Virus record (IMG/VR): IMGVR_UViG_3300043414_000247 | Coordinates: 1 to 34,255 of that record | Strand: one strand, 5' to 3' | Length of the DNA: 34,255 nt | Source: a virus | Lineage: Duplodnaviria; Caudoviricetes | Part shown: positions 24,345 through 33,748 of the stretch, piece by piece | How positions within the stretch are numbered: position 1 is the stretch's first letter | Layout: the number at the start of each line of letters is the position of its first letter | Made by a program: the position numbers and the translations under genes | Notes under the pieces: model-generated | The model's database searches: none | What the model was told of the DNA's origin: nothing | The model's input: only the letters and a program-made list of their open reading frames with translations

Positions 24345-24650
24345 ATGGAACTTTTGAACCCGCTTATTGGCGACCAGTTTGTAGCGCGCACGGCGTCCTT
24401 TACCGGCACCGCTGGCTCGACTGGCACCTGGCCCGCTGGCCCACAGGGTGTTGTCGTCTGGTCCGATCAGGCGTGCTACATCTTAGTTGGCGAGGGCGTG
24501 ACCGCCACGACCGCCAACGGCACACCGCTCCCGGCCAACACGCCGGTCCCCTTCGTCGTACCTAGCGGCACGGGCGCGCCTTGGCGCGTTAGCGCCATCC
24601 AGGTCAGCACGGGCGGCACGCTGTACGCGAAGCCGATCAACATCCGATGA
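24345..24650 (+). CDS. Putative virion protein (101 aa)
   Basis: GAGG RBS; Thr/Gly-rich beta protein in the structural operon. Confidence 0.55.
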   Translation: MELLNPLIGDQFVARTASFTGTAGSTGTWPAGPQGVVVWSDQACYILVGEGVTATTANGTPLPANTPVPFVVPSGTGAPWRVSAIQVSTGGTLYAKPINIR

Positions 24651-24823
24651 GCTTTGGCATCCCCGTCCGAAACGGCCTTGGGCTTGGCTTGCTGGCGTCT
24701 ACGACGCTGGCGACGAGGAACGCTTTTGGTGGTGGCCCGCCCGGTCCCACGGGCAACGGCCTCGTCTGGGGTGCGACTAACTATCTGGTCTGGGGCGCGG
24801 GCAACTTTTTGACTTGGGGCTAA
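24647..24823 (+). CDS. Small Gly-rich protein with three L(V/T)WG repeats (58 aa; not in ORF track)
   Basis: MSFGIPVRNGLGLG...NGLVWGATNYLVWGAGNFLTWG; ATGA overlap; fills the gap exactly. Confidence 0.6.
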   Translation: MSFGIPVRNGLGLGLLASTTLATRNAFGGGPPGPTGNGLVWGATNYLVWGAGNFLTWG

Positions 24824-24826
24824 CAC

Positions 24827-25771
24827 ATGGCTGACATCAACCTTAAAACCCTCACGCCCGATACGTCGCTGCCGACGACGGGGTTCCTCTTCGGCGCGGA
24901 CAGTCAGTCGTCCACCAACCCGTCCGTCTACTCGACGCAGACTGTCGCCACGACACTGCTGGGGTCCACGTCGCTGACGGGTGACACGCTGACGGCGAAC
25001 GCGCCCGTGCTGAACTTGTCGCAGACTTGGAGCAATGGCGCGGTTACGTTTACGGGCATGAAGTTCAATGTCGCCTCGGATACGTCTGCTGCGGCGTCGT
25101 TGCTGATGGATTTGCAGGTTGGAACGGCAAGTAAGTTCAGCGTAGATAAGTCTGGAAACATAAGCACGCTAGGAACTTTACTTACCAACGCATCGCAAGC
25201 ATGGGTTTCAGCAGCAAATAACGCCAACGCTCGCCTTAATACGTCAGGTTTGAAACTTGCTGCCAACACGCTGTTTGGGTGGACCACTACTGTCAACGAA
25301 AGTAACGATGCGCTTGACCTTATCCTCCGCCGTAAGGGAGCCGCCAACCTCCAGCTTGGAGCCGCAGACGCAGCCTCGCCCGTAGCCCAGACGCTCTCCG
25401 TTCAGAGCATTGTTGGTGGGGGTGGAACTCCTAACCTGTCCGCTGCGGCGTACCCGTTCAAAATTACAGGCGCGCAAGGCACTGGGCAGGGTGCTGGGGG
25501 TAGCATTATTTTCCAGACAGCCCCTGCTGCGGCCTCCTCAGGCAATGGGCAGAATGGACTAACCGACGCGCTAACAATTGACTCGGTCGGGTCAGTTCAG
25601 ATTGTGCGCGCGCTAACGGTTGCGACACTCCCCGGCACACCTTTGGCGGGCATGATTGCTAGGGTGTCGGACGCGCTGGCTCCTGCAATTGGCGTAACCG
25701 TTGCCAGTGGTGGTTCTGCCTACGCACTCGTCAATTACAATGGTTCTAACTGGACAGTCATAGGGGTTTGA
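24827..25771 (+). CDS. Fibre/spike protein (314 aa)
   Basis: Thr/Gly/Ala-rich; fibre-type motifs KFSVDKSGN, GAGGSIIFQTA and TVATLP..AG....VSDA...YNGSNW. Confidence 0.65.
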   Translation: MADINLKTLTPDTSLPTTGFLFGADSQSSTNPSVYSTQTVATTLLGSTSLTGDTLTANAPVLNLSQTWSNGAVTFTGMKFNVASDTSAAASLLMDLQVGTASKFSVDKSGNISTLGTLLTNASQAWVSAANNANARLNTSGLKLAANTLFGWTTTVNESNDALDLILRRKGAANLQLGAADAASPVAQTLSVQSIVGGGGTPNLSAAAYPFKITGAQGTGQGAGGSIIFQTAPAAASSGNGQNGLTDALTIDSVGSVQIVRALTVATLPGTPLAGMIARVSDALAPAIGVTVASGGSAYALVNYNGSNWTVIGV

Positions 25772-25772
25772 C

Positions 25773-25937
25773 ATGATTACGCTTACACTTACCAACGAAG
25801 AAGCCAACGCGCTGGGCGCACTGATTGACATGGCCGTCAAGGCTTCTGGCATTCAGGGTGCCAAGGCCGCAGTTATCCTTTTTGAGAAACTTGAACAGGC
25901 CGCGCAAGCAGCCCAGACCGTGGAGCCGACAGAATGA
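25773..25937 (+). CDS. Small helical protein, fibre-associated (54 aa; not in ORF track)
   Basis: MITLTLTNEEANALGALIDMAVKASGIQGAKAAV...; ATGA overlap with the next gene. Confidence 0.6.
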   Translation: MITLTLTNEEANALGALIDMAVKASGIQGAKAAVILFEKLEQAAQAAQTVEPTE

Positions 25938-26314
25938 CCATTTCTTACCAGTGGGCCGTAAACTCCATGACGGCGTACCCGCAAGCCGAAGGCCAGACCG
26001 ATGTGGTCTTCCAAATTGCCTACGTCCTGTCAGCCACGGATGGCACGTACAACTCCGCCGCCTACGGCTCGGTTGACACGACCTACGTCGCCGGGTCGCC
26101 GTTTACCCCGTATGATCAATTATCGCTCGATCAGGTCAACGGCTGGGTCGCCACCGCGCTTGGCCCGGAGGGTATCGCCAAGGCTCAGGCCGACTGCGAC
26201 GCGGCCATCGCCGCCCAGCAGGACACGTCCAAGCCCGTCACGCCGCCCCTGCCGTGGAACATCCCGACGCCCGCGCCGGACCCAGTGCCGCCGGTTGAAG
26301 AGCCGGTGGTCTGA
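25934..26314 (+). CDS. Putative fibre assembly chaperone
   Basis: Y.W....TDVV..FTPYDQL..QV.GWV..ALG...LPW pattern, typical of genes that follow fibre genes. Confidence 0.55.
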   Translation: MTISYQWAVNSMTAYPQAEGQTDVVFQIAYVLSATDGTYNSAAYGSVDTTYVAGSPFTPYDQLSLDQVNGWVATALGPEGIAKAQADCDAAIAAQQDTSKPVTPPLPWNIPTPAPDPVPPVEEPVV

Positions 26315-26317
26315 TTA

Positions 26318-26346
26318 TTGACGCCGACGACGCCTTGTCGTAATGT
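26318..26346 (+). promoter_or_regulatory. Putative sigma70 promoter for scaffold-coat
   Basis: TTGACG-N17-TAATGT. Confidence 0.6.
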
Positions 26347-26401
26347 CAAGCCATAACCGTACTGGTGAGGTTCACCAGGTATCCGAAAGGACACATAACG
26401 T

Positions 26402-27190
26402 ATGAGCGATGAAGCTCTAGAACTATCAGCGGTTGACACCGCGCCGGTTGCTGAAGCCACGGCGGCTCCTGCTCCTGTTGATACCCAGCCGGATGAATCC
26501 ACGACGGAAGCGACCAAGTCTTTCTCGCAGGAAGAGCTTGACGCCATTGTCGGAAAGCGTCTTGCACGCGAACAGCGGAAATGGGAACGAGAGCAGGCCC
26601 AACGTCTAGCCGATCTGGAGGTCCGTAGGGCACCCACGATCAACCCGCCTGATGTCAACGACTTTGACAATGCCCAAGCCTACGCGGAAGCGTTGGCGGA
26701 ACGCAAAGCTCAGGAGTTGGTCGCCAGACGGGATTCGGCAAAGCAGCAGGCGGCTCTTCTGGATGTCTACCACGAAAAGGAAGAGGATGCTCGGAGCCGC
26801 TACGACGACTTTGAACAGGTCGCGTACAATCCGAACCTCCCCGTCACGGACGTGATGGCCCAGACGATCCAAGCTTCGGACAATGGCCCCGATGTCATCT
26901 ATTGGCTCGGTTCCAACCCGAAAGAAGCCGGTCGCATCTCTGCCCTTCCGCCTATCCTGCAAGCGCGAGAAATCGGACGAATTGAGGCCAAGCTGGCCGC
27001 AAGCCCTCCGGTTAAGAAAACATCGAATGCTCCCGCGCCGATTGCTCCGATTGCAAGCTCCAGATCGTCTGGAACGCCCGCTTACGATACGACCGACCCT
27101 CGCTCTGTAAAAACCATGAGCACGTCGGAGTGGATTGAAGCTGAGCGTATGCGTCAGATCAAGAAGCAGGAAGCGAAGCGCAACCGCTAG
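26402..27190 (+). CDS. Capsid scaffolding protein
   Basis: Acidic N-terminus, FSQEELDAIVGKRL coiled coil, basic C-terminus, immediately before the coat gene; AAAGGA RBS. Confidence 0.8.
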   Translation: MSDEALELSAVDTAPVAEATAAPAPVDTQPDESTTEATKSFSQEELDAIVGKRLAREQRKWEREQAQRLADLEVRRAPTINPPDVNDFDNAQAYAEALAERKAQELVARRDSAKQQAALLDVYHEKEEDARSRYDDFEQVAYNPNLPVTDVMAQTIQASDNGPDVIYWLGSNPKEAGRISALPPILQAREIGRIEAKLAASPPVKKTSNAPAPIAPIASSRSSGTPAYDTTDPRSVKTMSTSEWIEAERMRQIKKQEAKRNR

Positions 27191-27211
27191 CTTTTTGAAG
27201 GAATATCAAAC

Positions 27212-28426
27212 GTGGGCAATCAGATCCTTACTATCGACATGATCACCCGGAAGGCTCTCGAAATCCTCGAGAACAACCTGGTGCTCACCCGCAACGTCAA
27301 CCGCCAGTACGACGATTCGTTCGCCGTCGAAGGCGCCAAGATCGGCTCGACCCTCCGCATCCGCCTCCCCGACCGCGCTCTGGTCACGGACGGCGCTGCG
27401 CTCCAGGTTCAAGACGACAACGAGCAGTTCACGACCCTGACCGTCTCCTCGCAGAAGCACATCGGCGTAAACTTCACGTCCGCTGAGCTGACGATGCAGC
27501 TTGACGACTTCGCGGAACGTGTTCTCAAGCCGCGTATCTCGCAGCTCGCCTCCAGCATCGACGCCGATGTCGCCAACTCGTTCCAGTCGATTTACAACTC
27601 GGTTGGCACGCCCGGCACCGTCCCGTCCACTTCGCTTGTCCTGCTTCAGGCTCAGCAGAAGCTGAACGAGTTTGCCGCCCCGATGGCCCCGCGCTATGCG
27701 ACGGTCAACCCGGCTGCGAACGCTGGCCTCGTCGAAGGCATGAAGGGTCTCTTCAACCCGACCTCCACCATCAGCCGCCAGTTCAAGAACGGCATGATGG
27801 GCGAAGGCATCCTCGGCCTTGAAGAAGTCAACATGTCCCAGTCGATCCGTCAGTTCCTGACCGGTTCGGCCGTGCGTACTGACTCGCTCGCCGTCAAGAC
27901 GACGCTCTCCACGCAGGGCATCAACACGATCACGTTCAAGTCGGCCACCAACGCGAGGACCGTCGTCCCCGGCGATGTTTTCACGATTGCCAACGTGTAC
28001 GCGGTCAACCCGCAGGTCCGTGAGTCCACTGGCTCGCTCCAGCAGTTCGTTGTGACCAACACGGTCACCTCGTCCGGCACCGAGTTCGCCAACGTCACGT
28101 TCTCCCCGGCGATCTACACCTCGACGAACGCTCTCGCGACCGTCGATGCGTTCCCCGTGGCTGACGCTGCCGTCACCCTGCTTGGTTCGGCCAGCACCTA
28201 CTACCCGCAGAACCTTGTGTACCACAAGGACGCGATCACCTTCGCCACTGCCGACCTTCTGCTTCCGCAGGGTATCGATATGGCCTCGCGTCAGGTCCAC
28301 AACGGCATCTCGCTCCGCGTTGTCCGCCAGTACGACATCAACAACGACCGTCTCCCGTGCCGTATTGACGTGCTGTACGGCTACAACACGATCCGCCCGC
28401 AGATGGCCACCCGCCTCTGGGGCTAA
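27212..28426 (+). CDS. Major capsid protein (P22 coat-like, HK97 fold)
   Basis: GTG start with GAAGGA RBS; KIGSTLRIRLP, GDVFTIANV insertion domain, RIDVLYG; strongly C-ending codons. Confidence 0.92.
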   Translation: MGNQILTIDMITRKALEILENNLVLTRNVNRQYDDSFAVEGAKIGSTLRIRLPDRALVTDGAALQVQDDNEQFTTLTVSSQKHIGVNFTSAELTMQLDDFAERVLKPRISQLASSIDADVANSFQSIYNSVGTPGTVPSTSLVLLQAQQKLNEFAAPMAPRYATVNPAANAGLVEGMKGLFNPTSTISRQFKNGMMGEGILGLEEVNMSQSIRQFLTGSAVRTDSLAVKTTLSTQGINTITFKSATNARTVVPGDVFTIANVYAVNPQVRESTGSLQQFVVTNTVTSSGTEFANVTFSPAIYTSTNALATVDAFPVADAAVTLLGSASTYYPQNLVYHKDAITFATADLLLPQGIDMASRQVHNGISLRVVRQYDINNDRLPCRIDVLYGYNTIRPQMATRLWG

Positions 28427-28436
28427 GCCAACCCCC

Positions 28437-28470
28437 CCCCCGGCTAACGCCGGGGGCATTTCCTTTTCTT
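28437..28470 (+). terminator. Rho-independent terminator after the coat gene
   Basis: CCCCCGGC-TAAC-GCCGGGGG followed by CATTTCCTTTTCTT. Confidence 0.6.
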
Positions 28471-28484
28471 GAAAGGCTCTTATC

Positions 28485-28901
28485 ATGGCTCTCCCTTCTG
28501 TTGGCGGCGGCTATCAGTTTAACGATGGCAACCTGAATGAAGTTAAGCTCACCGTCGCCGCTGTCCCGGCCACGGCAACCGACAGCGCCACGCTGACGGC
28601 TGCGCAGTTGGTCAACGGCATCATCATCGGCACGCCGACGACGACGGCCGCCTACACGCTGCCTCTGGCGACGGACCTTGAAGCCGTGCTGACGAACTCC
28701 AAGCCTGGCTCGACGTTCGACTTCCGCGTCATCAACACGACGACGGCGGGCGTCATCACCGTGACCACCAACACTGGCTGGTCCATCGGCACCAGCGGCT
28801 CGCAGGGTCTCATGACCATTGCGGCTACGGCTGGCACCGTGCGCGGCTTCCGTGCGCGTAAAACTGCCGACAATTCTTGGGCGCTCTACGCGATCTCGTA
28901 A
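28485..28901 (+). CDS. Putative capsid decoration protein (138 aa)
   Basis: Directly after the coat gene with similar codon bias; Thr/Ala-rich (YTLPLA). Confidence 0.6.
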   Translation: MALPSVGGGYQFNDGNLNEVKLTVAAVPATATDSATLTAAQLVNGIIIGTPTTTAAYTLPLATDLEAVLTNSKPGSTFDFRVINTTTAGVITVTTNTGWSIGTSGSQGLMTIAATAGTVRGFRARKTADNSWALYAIS

Positions 28902-28908
28902 GCAAATC

Positions 28909-28938
28909 GGCCCCTGTTTCGGCAGGGGCCACCTTTTC
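28909..28938 (+). terminator. Terminator-like hairpin with TTCG loop
   Basis: GGCCCCTGT-TTCG-GCAGGGGCC followed by ACCTTTTC. Confidence 0.6.
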
Positions 28939-28948
28939 AGGAAATTTT

Positions 28949-29161
28949 ATGCACATCTATCTGCGTCACCCGGACCACGGCACCAAGGTCGCCACGATGG
29001 ACCTTGAAGCGATTTATGATGAAGAGAACGGCTGGACGCGCTATACTCCCGGCGAACAGCCCGCCGCGCAGGCGAACGAACTGGTCACCAGACGACGCGG
29101 GCGTCGTCCTTTGGTTGAGGAAATAGCGGCAGATGGTAACGACAGCGGGCGATCAGATTAA
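28949..29161 (+). CDS. Hypothetical protein (70 aa)
   Basis: AGGA RBS, ATG 28949; HGTKVA..ENGW..RRGRRP. Confidence 0.6.
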   Translation: MHIYLRHPDHGTKVATMDLEAIYDEENGWTRYTPGEQPAAQANELVTRRRGRRPLVEEIAADGNDSGRSD

Positions 29162-29846
29162 TGGTGCGCTTCGGCTCCTCGGCGTTCTAGCTGAAGGTGA
29201 AACGCCGTCTGCGGCCACGTCGCAGGACGCGCTGACGGCGCTCAACCAGATGATTGACTCGTGGAACACCGAACGGCTTGCGGTGTTCTCCACGCAGGAC
29301 CAAGTGTTTAGCTGGCTGCCGGGCAACATCTCGCGCACGCTCGGCCCGACCGGCGACTTCGTCGGCAACCGCCCGATCCTGCTGGACGACGCGACCTACT
29401 TCAAAGACCCGGCTACCGGCATCTCCTACGGCATCAAGATCATCAACCAGCAGCAGTATGACGGCATCGCCGTCAAGACTGTGACCAGCACCTACCCGCA
29501 GGTGATCTGGCTTAACATGACCTACCCCGACATCGAGATGTACATCTACCCGGTGCCGACCAAGGTGCTGGAGTGGCATTTTATTTCGGTTGAGGAGTTG
29601 ACGCAGCCCGCCACAATCGCAACAACGCTAGCCTTTCCGCCGGGCTACCTTCGCGCGTTCCGGTACAATTTGGCTTGCGAAATGGCCCCGGAGTTTGGCG
29701 TCGAACCGACGCCCACGGTTTCGCGCATTGCCATGGCGTCCAAGCGCAACCTGAAGCGCATCAATAATCCGGGCGACATCATGGCGCTGCCGTACAGCAT
29801 CGTCGGAACGAGACAGCGGTTTAATATTTTTGCAGGGAACTACTAA
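29133..29846 (+). CDS. Head-tail adaptor (P22 gp4-like)
   Basis: TAGDQINGALRLLGV.AEGE..ALTALNQMIDSW and PPGY..A.RYNLA..APEFG. Confidence 0.8.
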   Translation: MVTTAGDQINGALRLLGVLAEGETPSAATSQDALTALNQMIDSWNTERLAVFSTQDQVFSWLPGNISRTLGPTGDFVGNRPILLDDATYFKDPATGISYGIKIINQQQYDGIAVKTVTSTYPQVIWLNMTYPDIEMYIYPVPTKVLEWHFISVEELTQPATIATTLAFPPGYLRAFRYNLACEMAPEFGVEPTPTVSRIAMASKRNLKRINNPGDIMALPYSIVGTRQRFNIFAGNY

Positions 29847-30638
29847 ATGACAAGCTCCATCAAAATCTCAGAACTGCCCGCCGCTACGACCCCGCTGTCT
29901 GGCGCAGAGCTTGTGCCTTTGACGCAGGCGGGGGTCACCAAACAGGCTACGGTAACGCAAATTGCGGCATACACTTCTAACACGACTTCGCTTCTAAACG
30001 GCGGGGCGGCGGCGGCGTCCACCCTGACGCTTCAGTCTACGTCAGGTGTCGGCACGTCCGACGCTGTCATCTTCAAGACGGGCAGCCAAGTCGAGCGTAT
30101 GCGCATTGACACCAGCGGCAACGTGGGGATTGGGACGAGTTCGCCGTCCTCAATTTTAGAAGTTGCATCCGCATCCCTTGCGACAACGCTGAATGCGACC
30201 CAAACAAATGCCAGTTTGTTTTTCAGGACGGATGTAAGCAACAGCGACAAACTTGTTTTCAAAGCCACTCGATTTGCCGCTGGGAGTGATTGGACCTATG
30301 CCAATCTGACTCTTGGCCGAGCAATAGCAGGGGCTACCTCTGGATTCCCGACCGTAACTTTCGGCAACAATAGCGCCGGAACTTTTGACCCGATGCTCGA
30401 ACTCAGCGTTGGCTCTGCGCTGCTGCGTATGACCAACAGCGGCAACGTGGGGATTGGAACCACGTCCCCGTCGCAGCTTTTGGATGTGAACTCAGACAGC
30501 ATCCGCGTCCGCACAGCCAAAACCCCGGCTTCGGCATCGGCCACTGGAACGCAGGGCCAAATTGCGTGGGATGCCAGTTACATTTACGTTTGCACAGCAA
30601 CAAACACATGGAAGCGCGTTGCGCTGGCAACTTGGTGA
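29847..30638 (+). CDS. Fibre protein with GNVGIGT repeats (263 aa)
   Basis: N-terminal KISELPAAT, two SGNVGIGT units, C-terminal G..GQIAWDASYIYVCTATNTWKR. Confidence 0.75.
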   Translation: MTSSIKISELPAATTPLSGAELVPLTQAGVTKQATVTQIAAYTSNTTSLLNGGAAAASTLTLQSTSGVGTSDAVIFKTGSQVERMRIDTSGNVGIGTSSPSSILEVASASLATTLNATQTNASLFFRTDVSNSDKLVFKATRFAAGSDWTYANLTLGRAIAGATSGFPTVTFGNNSAGTFDPMLELSVGSALLRMTNSGNVGIGTTSPSQLLDVNSDSIRVRTAKTPASASATGTQGQIAWDASYIYVCTATNTWKRVALATW

Positions 30639-30648
30639 GTGACGCCTA

Positions 30649-30741
30649 ATGACCCATGACACGGCTCGCGCTTTGGCAGATGCTGGTTACATGACGGTGG
30701 CGGAGTACATCCGCGTGTGCGAAGAGAACGGTTGGACATGA
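30649..30741 (+). CDS. Small protein (30 aa; not in ORF track)
   Basis: MTHDTARALADAGYMTVAEYIRVCEENGWT; ATGA overlap with the next gene. Confidence 0.4.
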   Translation: MTHDTARALADAGYMTVAEYIRVCEENGWT

Positions 30742-32264
30742 AAAGCCCCATCCTCGGCAGCAGCTACGTGGCCCGCAGCGTCAACGCTGCGGACAACCGC
30801 ATGGTCAATCTGTTCCCTGAGATCGTGCCGGAAAACGGCAAGGAGCCTGCGTTCCTTCAGCGCGCACCGGGGCTAAGTTATCTTGCGACAATGGGCGCAG
30901 GCCCGATACGTGGACTTTGGCAATTCGGCAACTACGGCTACGCCGTGTCGGGCACGTCGCTCTATAAAATTGACACCAATTTTAACGTCGTATCTAAAGG
31001 CACCGTGGCGGGAACTGGCCCCGTGTCAATGGTTGATAACGGCACGCAATTGTTTATTGCGGCGGGCGCTACCGGCTACATCTACAACGCAAACACGGAT
31101 GTGTTTGCGCAGATCACGGATGTTGACTTTGCGGGCGCGGTAACGGTCGGGTTCCTTGACGGCTATTTCGTATATAATCAGCCCAACAGCCAGAAATTCT
31201 GGGTTACGACGCTGTACGACGGCACGTCTGTAGACCCGCTTGATTTTGCCAGCGCCGAAGGCTCACCTGATAATCTGGTATCACTAATCGTGGACCATCG
31301 CGAAGTTTGGTTGTTTGGTCAAAATTCAACCGAAGTCTGGTACGACGCCGGTTTGCCGGATTTTCCGCTATCCCGCATTCAAGGCGCGTTTATTGAAATT
31401 GGCTGCGCTGCGCCATTTTCGGTTGCCAAACTCGACAACGGCGTGTTCTGGCTCAGTTCGGATGCGCGCGGGCGGGGCATGGTATACCGGTCCAACGGCT
31501 ACGCTGGCGTCCGCATTTCAACGCATTCTGTTGAATGGCAAATCCAGCAATATACCGACATTTCAGACGCTGTGGCGTACACCTACCAGCAAGACGGCCA
31601 CGCCTTCTACGTGCTGAATTTTCCCTCCGCCGACATCACATGGGTTTACGATGTGGCTACGCAGGCTTGGCACCAGCGCGCCGGGTGGCTTAACAACGCG
31701 TATACCCGTCATCGGGGCAACTGCCAGATGGCGTTCAACGGCCAGATCGTAATCGGAGATTATCTGGGCGGTCAAATTTACGCTTACGACCCTACGGTCT
31801 ATACCGAAGCCGGGTCCGTCCAAAAATGGTTGCGTTCTTGGCGAGCGTTGCCTACCGGCACCAACAATTTGCGCCGCTCGACACAGCACACTTTGCAACT
31901 TGACTGCGAAAGCGGCGTTGGGCTAAGCGGGTATTTGTTTGAAGATTACGCTGCGTTGGCGGCGGAAAGCGGGGCGTTTATAACGACGGAAAGCGGCGTT
32001 GACATTTCTGCGATTTCGTTTACCCCAACGCAAGGCACCAATCCACAGGTTATGCTGCGTTGGTCAGACGATGGTGGGCACACTTGGTCTAGCGAGCATT
32101 GGCGGTCAATGGGCAAGCTGGGCGAAACCGGCCACCGCGTCATATGGCGCAGGCTTGGCATGACCATGAAACTCCGTGACCGCGTCTATGAGATTTCAGG
32201 GACAGACCCGGTTAAAATCGCCATTATGGGTGCGGAACTAATCGTGGCACCCACCAATGCCTGA
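30738..32264 (+). CDS. Tail hub / packaged-DNA stabilization protein (P22 gp10-like)
   Basis: VNLFPE, DGYFV, FASAEGSPD, STEVW, YQQDGHAFY, TWVYD, LRWSDDGG.TW and WRRLG motifs; ATG 30738. Confidence 0.85.
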   Translation: MKSPILGSSYVARSVNAADNRMVNLFPEIVPENGKEPAFLQRAPGLSYLATMGAGPIRGLWQFGNYGYAVSGTSLYKIDTNFNVVSKGTVAGTGPVSMVDNGTQLFIAAGATGYIYNANTDVFAQITDVDFAGAVTVGFLDGYFVYNQPNSQKFWVTTLYDGTSVDPLDFASAEGSPDNLVSLIVDHREVWLFGQNSTEVWYDAGLPDFPLSRIQGAFIEIGCAAPFSVAKLDNGVFWLSSDARGRGMVYRSNGYAGVRISTHSVEWQIQQYTDISDAVAYTYQQDGHAFYVLNFPSADITWVYDVATQAWHQRAGWLNNAYTRHRGNCQMAFNGQIVIGDYLGGQIYAYDPTVYTEAGSVQKWLRSWRALPTGTNNLRRSTQHTLQLDCESGVGLSGYLFEDYAALAAESGAFITTESGVDISAISFTPTQGTNPQVMLRWSDDGGHTWSSEHWRSMGKLGETGHRVIWRRLGMTMKLRDRVYEISGTDPVKIAIMGAELIVAPTNA

Positions 32265-32835
32265 CAACATCACACAAATTCCAGCTCCGCGTGTTCTGCT
32301 TTGGGACGCGATGACAAACTATGTGACGCGCGCCTGGTATCGGTATTTCTACAACCTTTATGCCATTCTTGGCAGCGGCTCGCTTCGTAGCGGGGCGTTT
32401 TACGACACCACTACGCAGACTGCCGCCGCCATCAACACGGCCTACGCCATAACGCTTAACAACACCAGCATAAGCCAAGGCGTTAGCATTGGGACGCCGA
32501 CATCGCGGGTCTATGTGGACCGCACAGGCTCGTACAACATTCAGTTTTCGTTGCAACTGAACAGCACCAACGCGGCGGATAAAGACGTGTACATCTGGGC
32601 GGATGTAAATGGAACGTCCGTACCTGAGAGCGCCACCAAGCTGAGTTTGTCTGGCGCTAGTAAAGCTTACGTTGCGGCTTGGAACTTTGTCATCCGCATG
32701 AGCGCAGGTGACTATTTCCGGTTAATGTGGTCTACTACCAACACAAATGTCCAAATAGCCCGCATAGCGGCGTCTGCGCCTGTACCGGCCATCCCATCGG
32801 TTATCTTGACCGTAGCTGCAAACATAGGTGAATAA
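32257..32835 (+). CDS. Tail protein (needle/plug position)
   Basis: Follows the gp10-like gene; N-terminal IPAPRV..TRAWYRYF and a C-terminal beta domain. Confidence 0.5.
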   Translation: MPDNITQIPAPRVLLWDAMTNYVTRAWYRYFYNLYAILGSGSLRSGAFYDTTTQTAAAINTAYAITLNNTSISQGVSIGTPTSRVYVDRTGSYNIQFSLQLNSTNAADKDVYIWADVNGTSVPESATKLSLSGASKAYVAAWNFVIRMSAGDYFRLMWSTTNTNVQIARIAASAPVPAIPSVILTVAANIGE

Positions 32836-33746
32836 TGGCTGTCCTCACCCCCGCTCCCAAAACAGCTTTTGTTAACGCTGCTGGCGAACCGCTCGTCGGT
32901 GGAAGGCTGTACACCTACGTTGCGGGCACAACCACGCCGCAAACGACCTACACGGATTCAACCGCAGCAACGGCCAACACTAACCCGGTCATCTTGGACT
33001 CCCGTGGGGAAGCTAACGTCTGGCTGGGCGGCGCTATCTATAAGTTTGTGTTGAAAGATGCTACCGACGCCTTGATCTGGTCAGTGGACAACATTTCTGC
33101 ACCTACGGCGGCTGTGTCGCCTGTGCTGTCGGGAAACGTCACTATTTCCTCTGACACGCCTTCGGCCGCGCTAACAATCACACAGACCGGCACAGGCGCG
33201 GCGCTCAAGGTGCAGGACTCCGCCGATCCTGACGTTACGCCGTTCGTCATTGACAACACGGGGCAAGTCGGTATCGGCACCGCCACGCCTGTGTCCGCGC
33301 TGGAGATTGCCAGCCCCGGCGTCTTTACCGGTGCTTGGGCCTATCTGCCCGCTGGTACGACGATGCTGTTTGTACAGACCAGTGCCCCAACTGGCTGGAC
33401 GAAAAGCACCACGCATGACAACAAAGCTTTGCGTGTCGTCAGCGGTTCTGCGAGCAGCGGCGGCTCGGTTGCTTTTACTTCTGCTTTTACCTCGCAGTCT
33501 GTGGCAGGCACAATCGGCAGCACAGTTCTGACAACCAGCCAAATTCCGTCCCACACGCACAGCTTAAACCCAGTACCAACAGTGGGTAGCGGATTTGGCT
33601 ATACAGGAAGTAATGGCGTCACTGGTGTAAGCCAAACAGTTACTGGTTCTGCTGGTGGCGGACTTGGCCATGACCACACATTTACTGGCACGGCAATCAA
33701 TCTAGCCGTATCGTATGTTGACGTTATCATCGCGGTAAAGGCCTAG
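32835..33746 (+). CDS. Tail fibre/spike with virion-attachment N-terminal domain
   Basis: G.PL.GG.LYTY.AGTTTP..TY..NTNPVILDSRG, GQVGIGT, APTGW, IPSHTH and HDHTF motifs. Confidence 0.75.
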   Translation: MAVLTPAPKTAFVNAAGEPLVGGRLYTYVAGTTTPQTTYTDSTAATANTNPVILDSRGEANVWLGGAIYKFVLKDATDALIWSVDNISAPTAAVSPVLSGNVTISSDTPSAALTITQTGTGAALKVQDSADPDVTPFVIDNTGQVGIGTATPVSALEIASPGVFTGAWAYLPAGTTMLFVQTSAPTGWTKSTTHDNKALRVVSGSASSGGSVAFTSAFTSQSVAGTIGSTVLTTSQIPSHTHSLNPVPTVGSGFGYTGSNGVTGVSQTVTGSAGGGLGHDHTFTGTAINLAVSYVDVIIAVKA

Positions 33747-33748
33747 CA

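Noticed and set aside
21583-28486. Long antisense ORFs opposite portal (614 aa) and coat (426 aa)
   Set aside because: Shadow frames of well-supported genes.
29847-33746. Diversity-generating retroelement or invertase acting on the fibre genes
   Set aside because: No reverse transcriptase, recombinase or adenine-variant TR/VR pair seen.
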